Shown here: piece after piece, positions 1 through 12,070 of the stretch | How the letters are laid out: each line of letters begins with the position of its first letter | Position numbering within the stretch: the stretch's first letter is position 1 | DNA from: Gracilinanus agilis | Lineage: Eukaryota | Assembly (NCBI RefSeq): GCF_016433145.1 | Contig: NC_058135.1 | Coordinates: 279,587,261 to 279,651,260, forward strand | DNA: 64,000 bases | Direction of reading: 5' to 3' | Made by a program: the position numbers and the translations under genes | The notes under the pieces: generated by a model | Told to the model about the DNA's origin: nothing | The model's input: only the letters and a program-made list of their open reading frames with translations | Databases searched by the model: none

Positions 1-232
1 GTAGTTTCGAGTCCACACCCTCAATCATGTCCACCCTGACCCATGCGTTCAAGCAGTTGTTTTACTTATATGTTTCCTCTCCTGCAGTCCTTCCTCTGAA
101 TGTGGGTAGCTTTCTTTACCATAAATCCCTCAGAATTGTCCTGGGTCATTGTATTGCTGCTGGTACAGAGGTCCATTACATTCAATTTTACCACAGTATA
201 TCAGTCTCTGTGTATAGAGTCCCTCTTCTTTT
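1..232 (-). mobile_element. L1 (L1_Mdo-like) 3' UTR fragment
   Basis: Reverse complement aligns by eye with the L1 3' ends at 35400-35600 and 57150-57320 (caatgatccaggacaattctgagggacttatg...aaaacaactgcttga). Confidence 0.8.
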
Positions 233-2770
233 TTGATATAGAAGAAAAGATCATGAAGCGGATCAGATTACATTCAGTTTCATTCCTTTAATTCTCAATT
301 TATTTTATTTTTAATAGTTCTCTTTTTTATTACAAATATGAACATGCACATTTTTATTTACAAAGAGCAGAAAAGAGGTTTATATATGAAATCATGACAT
401 AAACAATTTTGAATTTATTTTTTCTTTAAGATAGTGTGTATGTGTGTGTGTGTGCACTTGTGTGTGGTGTCTAAATATACTTTATATGAGACATGGGTTA
501 GTATCTGAAATGACATTTAGCTCACTTCTTTCCAATGAATACTGTGATTTTTTTTATCTTTGAGAGGTGTAAGAGGAAGGTTGTAGGTGAGAACTTCCTC
601 TTTCTGTTGTTAATATCCAGAAGTGCTATTGGGCTAGAAGTACCCCAACCCTACCCCAACTCAAATATTGGCTCTCTAAGGCTACAATATTTTTGGGAAC
701 CTGGGGTAAAAGCCATTTTCCCTAATAGCCCTCAAAAGGGAAGTGTAACCATACTATCTCCAGCTTAGCTTCCTCTAATCTATCTCTGGCTACATAAAGG
801 GACATCTTAAATAGTGAAGAGTAAATAAATCAATTTATGCAAGCAAAACAGATATGTTTTATTTAACAAAACAACCTTGCTTTTCTGTGTTTCACCTCTA
901 AACTTGCTTCCACACATTTTTTATGTTTAATTTTTAAAAATTGATTAGCTTTTCTTTCTTTTTCTTTTTTTGCACCACTAAAACAAAATTTCATACTGTG
1001 TCTCAAAAAGCACATTAATTCTGTATTCCTAGTCTATTAACTTCTTATTCAAGAGAGATGGAAAAGGTTCTTTAACTCCTTTTTTTATTTTTAATTTTAG
1101 GGAATAGAGTAGGGCATTCATATCCATGAAGGATGCATTCTAAAAACTACCAGGAATGGATAGTACTGAAATGATATTTCTAGCTTTTACTTTTGACAAG
1201 TATGTTAACTTTACTCTATATCACTGTACTCTCTCTCCCCACTCCTACCCCTCAGCCCAGAACTTCTTGGCCTCCTACCTACCCAACTGTTCCCCCAAAA
1301 GACCCACTAAGTGAAAGAACTGTTTCACAGACTGCCACATGGCACAAAGAGAGGAGACCTTTACCTTCCTCCTTCCACCTAGCCCATCTGTCTTTCTTCT
1401 ATCTGTATGTACTTGGGTAAAGTGTTCCCAGGCTCCATGTGTCCTTTATACATTTACTGCGCCCTCCCTCATCCAGTGACAGCCCCCCTCTACCTGCCTC
1501 CTTCCTTCCCTTGGAATTTGGGCTTGACCATGTGTAACTGAAACTGGGAAAGCAAAATTGTGGTTAAGGAGGATTTTATCTTATTGTTGCCTTATCCAGG
1601 TAAGCATAATAAGGGCTGAAGAATAAAATTGTATTCTCACAATCAATAATATGATCATTGACTTTAGGATTTCTGAGGAGAATGTAGAAGAGAGAAGACT
1701 AAATAGAAAAGACCAAAATGAGTCAACTGGATAATGGGTAGAACTTTGTAACCATTGTCTAATTGTGCTATATCTGTCCCATGCAAGGAGAGGCTTACTA
1801 ATCAAGGATTCATCAGCAATTTGGAATAGAGTATCAAGTTTCTGTGAAGTTAGAATCTTAGTGGAGAACAATAAGTGAGGACCAATGGCCAGCTGAAAAT
1901 CTGGATCAAAAACTCAAAGCCCATCAAGGCAGAGGAGATTTTTATAATCTACAAGATCCCTAGTGAAAATTGTATTGGCTGTAGTACCACCACTGGAGAG
2001 ATATAAGATACTTCATATGCCTACCTGAGATGCACACTTGCTGAGGAAAATCAGAAATACAACAGACAGTAGATACAATGGGACAGTGACATTTCATCAA
2101 TAAAATAAGCTGCGAAAATGTGAGTTGTTCCTCTATAGTATACCTTGGTGAATACCCATTTTCCCTATTCAGGTCAAGTTTTTACATGAGTATTGTGATA
2201 GATTAAGGTTACATTATAAGAGAAAGTTTCTCTTCTTATTTTGATTATCAATCTATTTAATTAAATATCTTTACTCTAAGTATGGGTTTATCACTATTGA
2301 AAGTAATCTAAATATTAAAAATTTGAGGTAGTTTCCTGGGGATCAATGGAGAATGATCATGGGTACAATAATGATATTCTACTTGTAACAAGAATTCATG
2401 AAGAAAAGGGTGGAGTGAGATTGGAGGAAAGGATGGAAAATTAACGTCCTATTTATATACCATTTTTAAGGATTCATGAAATTTTTTATATCTATTGTCT
2501 CAAAAATTTACAATATCATCATGAATGTTATTCAACTGTCCATTTTTTTTGTTTCTGAGAGAAATGAACTAATTTGCTCGTAACCCCATCTAGAATGGAT
2601 CAGTCATTATTCATATCACAGTCACTTCCAAGTTCTCCAGTACCACTTTTTTCAATTCATTATACTTTCTCTTGATAAGGTCAATTTGAGCTTAATAAAA
2701 TATCTGGAATTAGGGATGAGTGTCCAGAAAACAACAGCTAAATTATTCCTCCACATAAATTAGAATAAGA

Positions 2771-3706
2771 CTAATGACTCTTCCCTCTAGTAGCTTTTCT
2801 GAAAGCATTTTTGACATCTTTATTTCTTAAACTGTAAACCAAAGGGTTCAGCATGGGAATGATCATGGTGTAGAATACAGAGGCCATTTTATCTGTGTCC
2901 ATGGAATGAACTGATGAGGGTTGTAGATACATGTAGATGGTTGCCCCAAAGAATAAGAACACTGCAAAGATATGAGAAGCACAGGTGAAGAAAGCTTTCT
3001 GGCGGCCCTCAGTAGAGCGGATCCTCAGAATGGCAATGAAGATTGAGAGGTAGGAGGTCACAATGACGAGAATAGCAAAAGACATATTAAATGCTCCTAT
3101 CGCACAAACCAACAATTCGGTGAAGCGTATATCTGAGCAAGAGAGAGTCAAGATTGGAGGAATATCACAGAAGAAGTGATTTACAACATTGCAACCACAG
3201 AAAGAGTGGCTAAAAATGAAGCCAATGTGGATGGAAGCATTTAGTATGCCACAGAAATAAGAACCAATGATTAAACCCAAACACATCCTTGATGTCATGA
3301 TAGTAGAGTAATGTAGGGGCTTACATATAGCCACATGGCGATCATAGGCCATAGAGGCCAACAGAAAATTTTCAATAGTGGCAAAATTTGCAAAGAAGAA
3401 CATTTGTGTAGCACAACTATCATAGGAAATGGCCTTGTCTCTTGTGAGAATCCCAGCAATCACTTTGGGAATTATAGTTGTGGAGGCACCTAAATCTGCC
3501 AGAGAGAGGCCACTGATGAAAAAGTACATGGGAGTGTGGAGAGTAGAATCCTCTAAAATCAAGGCTACCAAACCCAGATTTCCTATTAAGGTGAAAAGAT
3601 AAATAAGGATGAATATTATGAAGAGAAAAACCTGAAGCTCTTGAATATCTGTTAATCCTACTAAGATGAATTCATTCACTTCTGTGCTATTCTCTATACA
3701 TGCCAT
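2771..3706 (-). CDS. OR5B-like: Olfactory receptor, class II, OR5B subfamily-like, 311 aa, intact
   Basis: OR motifs [60 protein letters not shown]; N-glycosylation site NST at residue 6. Confidence 0.96.
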   Translation of the reverse strand: MACIENSTEVNEFILVGLTDIQELQVFLFIIFILIYLFTLIGNLGLVALILEDSTLHTPMYFFISGLSLADLGASTTIIPKVIAGILTRDKAISYDSCATQMFFFANFATIENFLLASMAYDRHVAICKPLHYSTIMTSRMCLGLIIGSYFCGILNASIHIGFIFSHSFCGCNVVNHFFCDIPPILTLSCSDIRFTELLVCAIGAFNMSFAILVIVTSYLSIFIAILRIRSTEGRQKAFFTCASHIFAVFLFFGATIYMYLQPSSVHSMDTDKMASVFYTMIIPMLNPLVYSLRNKDVKNAFRKATRGKSH

Positions 3707-3752
3707 TTGGGAACAGGATCATTGATCTACAATTAGAGGGGAGAAAAAGAAA
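3687..3752 (-). promoter_or_regulatory. Splice acceptor of the coding exon plus overlapping 11-codon uORF (ATG at 3722, TAG at 3687-3689)
   Basis: Minus strand reads tctttttctcccctctaattgtag|atcaATG; the AG is at 3727-3728 and the uATG is 16 nt upstream of the main ATG, out of frame. Confidence 0.7.
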
Positions 3753-3947
3753 TTATTTCTGTACAATGACAAAATCAAAACCATGTGCATAAACTTTTTT
3801 TTTCAAATGTTAGAAATAAGTGACTGAGACTAGGAGAACCTAGATGGTCATTATGGCATCCATTCCTCAACCTTTCATTGAACTTATTCCAAATTATTCT
3901 TTTTAAAATAATTTTATGAGTACCTTTTTATATTACATTCAATTTCA

Positions 3948-4150
3948 TTTTTATTTTTTTTTTAAACTCTTACTTTTCATTTTGGAATCAATACTTTGTA
4001 TTGGTTCCTAGGTAGAAGAGTGGTAAGGGCTAGTGTTGTGAGGAAGATTAATAGATGAGTAATGGGGGTTAAGTTATTTGCCCAGGGACACACAGCTAGG
4101 AAGTGTCTATGGCCAGATTTGACAATCCACTGAGCTACCTAGCTGTCCCC
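3948..4150 (-). mobile_element. tRNA-derived SINE (SINE1_Mdo-like) with 17-bp TSD
   Basis: TSD tattacattcaatttca at 3931-3947 and 4151-4167; body ends ccactgagctacctagctgtcccc. Confidence 0.9.
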
Positions 4151-4329
4151 TATTACATTCAATTTCAAACATACCCCATTAACTTTCCCATGGAATCACA
4201 ATTTTAAAAGAAAAAATAAATCAGTTAAGCCACGCCTACTAATACATATATATCTAAAAGTATATAACCATATGCAAAGTTTCTCATATCTATACTGCTG
4301 CTAGTGAATTTTTCTCAGATCTTTTATAG

Positions 4330-4811
4330 CAGTGATGGTGAACCTTTTAGAGATGAAGTGCTGGGCCCTGGTCCCACCACACTCCCCAGACTGTGTACCA
4401 TGGCTGTTCTTCCCATCAAATGCCAGGTGTGCTCTGTCCCCCTTCCTTACCACACAAAGGGGAGGGAGAAAAAGCTCCCTTTGGGCTGCTGGGCAGAGGA
4501 GTGGGTAAAGTAAGGAATGTCCTCAGCTAGTGTAGAGAGGGAAGAGGAGTGGCCTGAGTACTCTATTGTCCTCCAGCTCTGCTGCCTGTGAGCTGCCCAG
4601 CTTACTCTCTATAAACTCCCAATGGGCTGTTGAACAGAGGGGGATAGGTGATGTGAAAAAATGTCATCAGTTGCTGTGGAGAGGGGGAAGGGAACAGCTC
4701 TGCCTGAGTCTCTCTGCCTTTTCTAATAATGAACTCTGGGGGGTAGGTAGGGTGGAGGGTGGCTGTGTGCCCACAGAGAGTGCTCTGCATGCCATAGGTT
4801 CACCATTACTG
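4330..4811. mobile_element. Non-autonomous hAT (Charlie-group) DNA transposon
   Basis: 16-bp TIRs cagtgatggtgaacct (4330-4345) and aggttcaccattactg (4796-4811), 15/16 match; 8-bp TSD-like flanks ttttatag / ttctaaag. Confidence 0.85.
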
Positions 4812-6084
4812 TTCTAAAGAGTTAAGGTTTGTTATTTTAATTATACATTATTTTTATTTCATTTTCCTTTCTATATTTTGATTGTGTATATTATTTTTCT
4901 TATTCTTATATAATTCACTCTGTATCCATTTGTGTTTTTCCTATCACTTACCAATTTGTCACATTCATAATTTCTTGTGGGACATTTATATTTAATTTTA
5001 TTCATGTATTAAAATTCATCCAACATTTTCCTAATTGATGGACACTCAACTTATTTTTTTTGGTTCTTGATTATTAGAAAATGTGCTGCTATGAACATTT
5101 TCTCCCTCTCCCCCCACTTTTGCTTTCTCTCCCTGCTTCTATTCTTCTATTCTTCCTTTTGTCTCTGCTTCCCTTCTTCTTTCTTAAAATATAAGTTTAT
5201 TTTTAAATCATTTTCTTTTTTTATTCCCCCAATTTATTATCTTTTGTGTAAGTAAGCATATACTTTACAATCTTTCACTCTCCTACTATCTCTAATCTCT
5301 TAGTTTAAATAATATTTCCTTGCCATCAATTCTTGTAAGCTTTCCTTGATGTTCTCTTTCTTTCTCATTCCTTATTCCTTTCCCCACTCCTTATAACCTT
5401 TCCCCCACTAAATCTTGCTTTCGAATTCCTGAGCTATATAAATCATTGCTTTGGTTCTCTTTATTCCATGTCCTTCATGAAGATAGGAATTTTGGAATAG
5501 ATATCTTTTCTGTCTCCTTTTTATGTTATTTAACTCATGGGTATTGTCCTCTTCTGAATTTTTTCTGCTACACCTCATTCTTAGAATTGTCATTTCCTAA
5601 AGGAAGCAATCTAAAGGGGAAGAAATATCTTGTGACAGAAATTTCTCTGAGTTCTGAATCATCAAGTCAAAGCCCTTAGTATTCCAAAGGCTTGGTTACC
5701 CAATCTTTCATCTCCTTTCCGTGTGCTGGCTGCCAGTAGGGATTTATACTCTATCTAATGGGGTTCCTAGAAAGATAAACATTTCTTCTCATATAATATG
5801 TCTATAAATTTGTCAGTGTTGTACCAACACAAAGCCAAATATAAGGCCTTGTCTTCAAATCAAAAGTATGAATCCTCCCACAATGAGAAATATTCTTCAA
5901 TGTCTTCCTTTCTACTCCTCTTTAAGTGCCGTTTCCGCCTTATAACTCCTCCACCCATGTTAGTTACATTTTTTTTAGCCTATTCTTCAACAGCTCCTAT
6001 TCTTTTTCAGAATCTAATGTAAATAATACAGAGAAGTGAGAAGCTTCTCTACTCCCCTCTCTATTGTGGGGATATATTTCAGGA

Positions 6085-6530
6085 ATGTAGGTAGACCCAG
6101 AGTCAAGAAGATCTTAGTTCCTATCATGCTTCAGACACTTATTTGTTTAACTGTGTGATGTTAGGACAGTAATTTAACAAGTCTCAGTTTCGAGTTCCTC
6201 ACTTTTATTTTTATTTTTATTTTTTTAAACCCTTAACTTCTGTGTATTGACTTATAGGTGGAAGAGTGGTAAGGGTAGGCAATGGGGCTCAAGTGACTTG
6301 CCCAGGGTCACACAGCTGGGAAGTGTCTGAGGTCGGATTTGAACCTAGGACCTCCCGGCTCTAGGCCTGGCTCTCAATCCACTGAGCTACCCAGCTGCCC
6401 CAGTTCCTCACTTTTAAATGGTGACAGTAATAGTGTCTGCTTCACAGAGTTGTTGTAAGGACCAAATGAGACAATATAAGTAAAATGATTTATAATCCAT
6501 AAGGCACTGTTGAAACACCAGTTATTGTTA
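6085..6530 (+). mobile_element. MIR/Ther-type CORE SINE interrupted by a younger SINE
   Basis: Head ...agacacttatt...gtctcagtttc and core ...cacagagttgttgtaaggaccaaatgaga... flank the 6208-6401 insert. Confidence 0.65.
6208..6401 (-). mobile_element. Young SINE1_Mdo-like element with 15-bp TSD
   Basis: TSD agttcctcactttta at 6193-6207 and 6402-6416. Confidence 0.93.
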
Positions 6531-7159
6531 TTGTTACTATCTTTAGGCCCACCATGCTTCTCTCCTCTCTCAGTATACATACAAATGTTCATTGTATTAT
6601 CACTCCAACAAAAAAAAAATGATTAACTAGTGGGGGAACTTTAATCAAAAGTGTTAATTCAGCTTTTTTCTTCCCTTCAGATTCTAGAAATTTCTTTTGT
6701 CTTCATGTCCTTTCTGTCTCTTGATGATATTTCCACTTTTTTATCTTATCTTTTCAGTATAATTTATTTTTTCTTAATTTGCAATAGCCTATACATGTGA
6801 GGGTTTCCATCCAAGGGGACAGAGAATTGTTCTGGAAAGCCAAGGCACAAGACTTGTCCTTGACACATATTACCCCTGGGATCCTGGATAAGTAACAACT
6901 TCTTAGTGCTCTAGGCATCTCTCTAAGACTAAGACAAAGAGAAGCTTTATTGGTGGAAACTTTCTTCACTCAAGGGTTACTTCTAGCAATCAAATAACAC
7001 ATCTAGTCCCTACTCCTACTTACTCTTGTCATGATATTGGCACCCATATCCTTTTCCTGCTTTTTTTGTTCTGGAATAATCTCCCTTTCCTTTTCTTCTA
7101 GAGCATTTATTTAGGTCTGAGTTTTTTATTTTAGGAAAGAGGTGAATAAGCTCTGGGAA

Positions 7160-7390
7160 CATGTTCCAAACTTCTTCATGTGTTATAGAACAATTAAAGC
7201 AGTCTGGTAAACCCTATAGAGCTTTCACACAATAAGAAGTTTGAATGGATAAAATAAAAATAATAATATTATGAAGTAAACACAAAATTCCTCAAAAGAA
7301 AAAAATGTCATTTTAGTCATTCAAAGTCCACAAGACCCCTGAAATCTATCCATGGGTTTATCTATAGATTTCATGTTAAGAATTACTTAT
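7160..7390. mobile_element. Old Charlie-type hAT MITE remnant
   Basis: Contains cagtctggtaaaccctatagag...taaaataaaa...gacccctgaaatctatccatgg...gttaagaa, resembling old mammalian MER-type hAT MITEs (recall, not searched). Confidence 0.45.
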
Positions 7391-7454
7391 CTATAGTGAG
7401 AGGAAGGCAAACAGCATAGAAAAGATCTTCAAAATCATGTAAGATGGGTTTTAG

Positions 7455-7680
7455 TAATAATAGCTAACATCTGTTTCTACTTTAAAGTTTACAAAGAACT
7501 TTAAAAATATTATCTCATTAAATCCTGACAATAACTGTTATTTTCCCCACCTTATAGTAAAGAAAAATGAGACTGTGAGGAACCAAATGATTTCCCCAAG
7601 GATTCAAAGAGGCAAGATTTAAACCTAGGTCATAGTGGTTCCAGGTACGCCATATATCTATGTAGTAGAGCATGCTGACT
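7455..7680 (-). mobile_element. MIR-type SINE
   Basis: taataatagctaacat...attatctcatt...aaatgagactgtgagg...atttaaacctagg is the reverse MIR pattern. Confidence 0.65.
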
Positions 7681-7704
7681 TCCACTCATAGGTAACACCC
7701 ACAT

Positions 7705-8290
7705 TTTGAAACTGAATTTCCCAAGACCTACCTGAATCATCAAGAAATGTTGATAAAACTTTAGAGAGGAGAAAAAGGTCAAGCAGTCTCATAGGTTTGG
7801 GGAGGAAGTCCCAAGCTTAGGAAACTAGTGATATTTTAGAGGTCTTATTCCCTTGAACTAGGTGTTTAGTGTTCGGAGGTGCCCACATCAGGAAAGATCA
7901 TCTCCGGCCACTGCTTCCACATTGGTAGTAGTAGACTTAGTGACCTTCTGCTCAATCACAAGATGAACAATAGAGGCCAAATGAATGAATGACTCAGATA
8001 ACTTCTGTTCCATGTTGCTTTCACTTCAATAAAATGTCATAATCTCATTTGGTTTTGAGTAACTAGAGGTGGATATCAGGGTCATACTTAATACAGATCT
8101 GAGAACAGGATGACTCTTAGGAGACCATGCCCCCTAGGAGACATCAGGAAAGTCGACTATCATCTGTAAACAAAGTAAGCCATTAAAATTTATTGCAACT
8201 CTAGAGACTAAATGCAGGTTGCCTAGGGAGATAATTTCTTGAAAATATCTTGGTCCTTCTTAGCTCATTGTTATTGGAATGAAAAGGAAA
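7705..8290 (-). promoter_or_regulatory. Putative promoter / non-coding first exon (block A) of the 2771-3706 OR
   Basis: Collinear with blocks B, C and D; donor CAG|GTAGGT (intron start 7731-7726); O/E-like cccctaggag at 8131-8140; homeodomain-like TAATGG (ccatta 8180-8185). Confidence 0.6.
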
Positions 8291-8299
8291 TAGCCAAGG

Positions 8300-8480
8300 A
8301 ATAACAAAAGACCAGATTTTGAATTTGGGCTTTCCAGCCTCCAAGTAGTGAGACCTTGGGCAAATCACTGACTTATTCCAGGCCTTAATTACTCAAATGC
8401 AAAATGAGTGTAATAATGTCTGTCATACTTTGTTCAAAGTGCTGTTTTGAAGATCAAATGTGACACTGGATGTCAAAAAG
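8300..8480 (+). mobile_element. MIR-type SINE
   Basis: gaccttgggcaaatcact...tgcaaaatgag...gaagatcaaatgtgac MIR core. Confidence 0.6.
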
Positions 8481-8519
8481 AAAGTGCAGGGTCTTTGAAA
8501 GCAATGATTGCTTCACTTC

Positions 8520-9230
8520 ACTCAATAGAGTTCTATCAATTTAAAAATCTTTCTTTTCCTAGCTTTTGCCTTTTTTTTCATTCTATCTTCTATTGCTTTG
8601 AATTGGTTTAAAAATAATTTTAATTCCTTTTATTCTTCTGGGTATTTCTTTCTAGTATTGTGTCAAATCTAAATTTTTCTCTGAGACTTTATGCTTTACA
8701 GATATTTTCAAGACATCATTTTCTGTTTTTGAAATCCTCTGTTATCACAATAGCTCTTTTAGTTGGTTCTTTTTTTTTTCTTCTCATTCTTCCAGCCTCC
8801 TTGACTTTGAACTTCATTATTATTGGAGTCTGTTTATTTGTGTGGAGGGAAGGGGACTTGGTCTTCCATCATTTTATGTCCTTCTGATCCTTGAAAGTTC
8901 TCAATATTCCAAAATGGTGAATCCAGGGAGATAACTGTTCACTGCCCTCATGATATGTGCTCTGCAGGTTGGATCTGTTAGCATGTATATAGATGAATTT
9001 CAGCAGAATTCTACTAGTCTCAGTCACTGTTAGCCCACTAGAAAGCTCATAAGATCAGAGTGACTGCTTGCTTGGCTCCTCTTTGGTCTTGTTTCCTGCC
9101 CTCATTATTCCCCTGAAAGCTTATGTGCTGGGCTAAGAGTTTGAACTGAGTCACTGCTTTACTCTTGAGACAAAGCTAAATTTCTGGAACTTGTTCTAAG
9201 CTTAGTTCTCAGTTGAACCCTAACACTTCT
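8520..9230 (-). mobile_element. Degraded L1 5'/ORF1 region (tentative)
   Basis: T-rich sequence with antisense L1-like wording; no readable ORF. Confidence 0.35.
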
Positions 9231-9535
9231 ATCTCCTCCCCTTTTTACTCTCCCCTCCCCTCTCTTACTCTTTCCTCTCCTCTTGTCTCCTTTCTTCTCC
9301 TCCTCTTCCTGTCACTTTCTTTTTCTTCCTTTCTTTTTTATGCTTTTTAGTATGTCATCAATTGATAGGTATTCACTGTTTCAATTTCTTTGCTCCAAAA
9401 ATGTTAGTTATAAATTTTCTTATGTGGACAAGAGGGTTCAACAAGGGAATGACCATGAGTTAGAGAATAGATGAGATTTTCGTCTGTGTTCATAGGTTAA
9501 AATTAGGTTGGAAGTACATAAATATTATTGTTCTA

Positions 9536-10615
9536 TGCTGGGAGCCCCTCAGAGAAACAATGGTCTCCATCAGGGTCCATTGAGTCAATGCGGATGGCAG
9601 AGCCTTACTTTGATCTCTATCATCTGAAAATCAGGCCGCAGGATGGATGGATACCCAATCACACCCCTTTGTGTCATGCTTTTCTGATTAACACTTTTTA
9701 TTATTAAAATTATTATAATCTATATTTTTAGGATAGCCTCCAGTAGTATAGATTTTGTAGTATAGATATAAAATTTCTTCATATAAATCTATTTATAGAA
9801 CTTCCCATATAAAATTCCCCTTAATACTCTATAATAAAACAGAATTTAATGCATTAATAGCCCCTACCATTAATAATAAAAAAAAAAAAAACAAGGAAGG
9901 AGAAGCTGCTTTTTTCTCTGTCTCAGACTTTGAAGGCCACAGCATGACAAAACAAAAATACCTTTTTGCCTCAACCCTTTCTCATACTGAATTTAACCCC
10001 ATGAACTCAAACATTCTCATACTTCACTACTTTTCCACTTTAGACTTGTCCCCCCGAATTTGAGGATTCTCCCACTCTAATCCACTTTTGAAATATGTTG
10101 AAGGTTCTTTTTATAAAAATAAACCTTAGATGAAGTAGAGTTTTAGTAGCCTTGAGCCATGTTTAGACTAAGGGTAATTGATATGTAGAATTTTGTAAAA
10201 ATTTACTAGGTGTGCCTGCCTAACCAGTATAACTTGAGCATTTCTCTGTTTTAAATTTGAAATGTAAATTTTCCCAGTATTTGTGTGACTGTGAGAGAAA
10301 GGTATAAAAATAAAGATTCTACAGGAAGTGGCAGAGAACTTCCAGAAATCCACTGTGTCTCCAACTTTCTCCCTTCCTCCATTTCAGCTAAACCATCACA
10401 CCTCTCAAGATAACTGGAAACTGCTAGCTGGATTCCAGTATGTAGTGGCGCCCTCCTACCTAGGGACTTGACAGGTAAGATCCTTATCCCCTCAGAACTG
10501 AAAAAAGCTTCCAGAAATCCACTGTGTCTCCGACTCTCTCTCTCTCTCTTCTTTTGTTTCAGCTAAACCATCACACTTCTCAAGATAACTGGAAACTGTT
10601 GGCTGGCTTCCAGCA
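9536..10615 (+). mobile_element. Class II (beta-like) ERV remnant: LTR + PBS-like site + splice donor + second U5 copy
   Basis: TG...CA ends; perfect 6-bp TSD GTTCTA at 9530-9535 and 10616-10621; direct repeat 10339-10440 vs 10508-10615; TGGCGCCC..AGGGAC at 10446-10467; CAG|GTAAGA at 10472-10480; TATAAAA at 10303 and AATAAA at 10309. Confidence 0.85.
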
Positions 10616-10789
10616 GTTCTATAACATTTTGATACTGCAAAAATCACAAATCACAAAGGTAGATTTCTGTCAACCCACAATTGAGGGGATCTCCAAGATG
10701 GTGAGGGAGATGAACATGGAGGAAGGAATCAAGATGATCAAGAGTGCTTAAGTGGCATTTAATCTTCTTATGATAAAGAACAATATGTA

Positions 10790-10888
10790 TAACATTATAT
10801 ATGTACATATATACACATGTGTGTATATATGCAAATAAATGAAGTATTATTTATATATAACATACATATATTTGTGAATCATATATAC

Positions 10889-10932
<44 letters not shown>
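10790..10932. repeat. (TA)-rich tract plus (GT)n microsatellite inside the OR pseudogene
   Basis: Direct reading; (GT)n runs about 10891-10931. Confidence 0.9.
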
Positions 10933-10935
<3 letters not shown>

Positions 10936-10990
10936 TGAATGGGAGTCAGGAGTGGGGAATGGAAGAATGTCATTGAAAGAGTGATGGCCT

Positions 10991-11202
10991 GGGACAGCTA
11001 GATGGCTCAGTGCATAGAGTGCGAGGTATAGAGATGGAGGGTCCTGGGTTCAAATATGGCTTCAGACACTTCTTAACTATGTTACCCTGGGCAACTCACT
11101 TATTCCCCAATTGCCTATCCCTTACCACTCTTCAGTCTTGGAACTGATACTAAGTATCAGTTCTAAGACAGAAACAAAAGATTAATAAAAAAAAAAATAA
11201 AA
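10991..11202 (+). mobile_element. SINE1_Mdo-like element inserted in the OR pseudogene (ECL2 region)
   Basis: gggacagctagatggctcagtg...cccttaccactcttc...A tail; OR reading frames resume on both sides; no clear TSD. Confidence 0.85.
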
Positions 11203-11724
11203 TATACCAGAACTGTAGAAAGAGAGGTAGAAGGTAAAGTTGGCTTGGAAAGAGAAATTAAGAAGGACAGAAAGAGATGATCCAATAATTAAGTCATTGA
11301 ACAAACACCTGATGCCATAGTAGTAGAGTAATGTAATGACTTCTACATAGCAACATGGTTATGATAGGTCATGGAAGCCAAGAGTCAATTTTCCACAGTG
11401 GCAAAAGTTATGAAGAAAAACTTCTGGGTAGTATATCCATTGGTAGAGATGACTTTGTCCTCGGTAAGGGATACAGTTATCACTTTAGGTAAATTAGATG
11501 AAGAATAATCAAAATCTACCCAAGAGAAGCTACTGAGGAAAAAATTCATTGGTACATGGAGATGAAAGTCTCAGAAGATCAGTACTACCATTTTCAGGTT
11601 CCCTACCACAGAGATGAGAAAAACAAGGATAAACAACATGGAGAGGAAGATATGAAATTCTAGGGAAACTCTTAATCTTACAAAAATGAATTTCTTCTCC
11701 TTCATGTTATTCTCCATGGATGTC

Positions 11725-12070
11725 TGTTAGGGACCAAGACTTTAAGATAAAATAGTCACTCTTCTAAGAATAGATATCATTCACTCTTCTAAGATAAGAT
11801 ATTGATCATAGCCCCAGCCATGCTTGGAGACAGTAAGATGCCACAGGAGATTTTCTATGCTCCCTTTCCCTGTTCCTTTCCCCTTAGTATCTGCTGACCC
11901 CCTTCTGCCCTCAACCTATATATTCTTGTCATAGATCTGCAATAAACGAGCCTTGCATCCATCCAAACGACTCTGTGTCTTGCGCGCGAGGTCTCCCCTC
12001 ATCTCTCCCTATGGGTTCTTAGGTTGCCGTTTCCCCGGACCCCTCGGTTGTGTCCGGCTGGACCCGGACA
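11725..12070 (+). mobile_element. Young solo LTR (346 bp), class II ERV-like
   Basis: TGTTAGGG...CCGGACA; perfect 6-bp TSD GATGTC at 11719-11724 and 12071-12076; TATATA near 11917; AATAAA at 11941; CpG-rich U5. Confidence 0.92.

Noticed and set aside
10140-10230. Apparent OR TM7 remnant (PLV*)
   Set aside because: It lies inside the TSD-bounded ERV; the true TM7 (MVIPLLNPLV) is at about 9425-9460.
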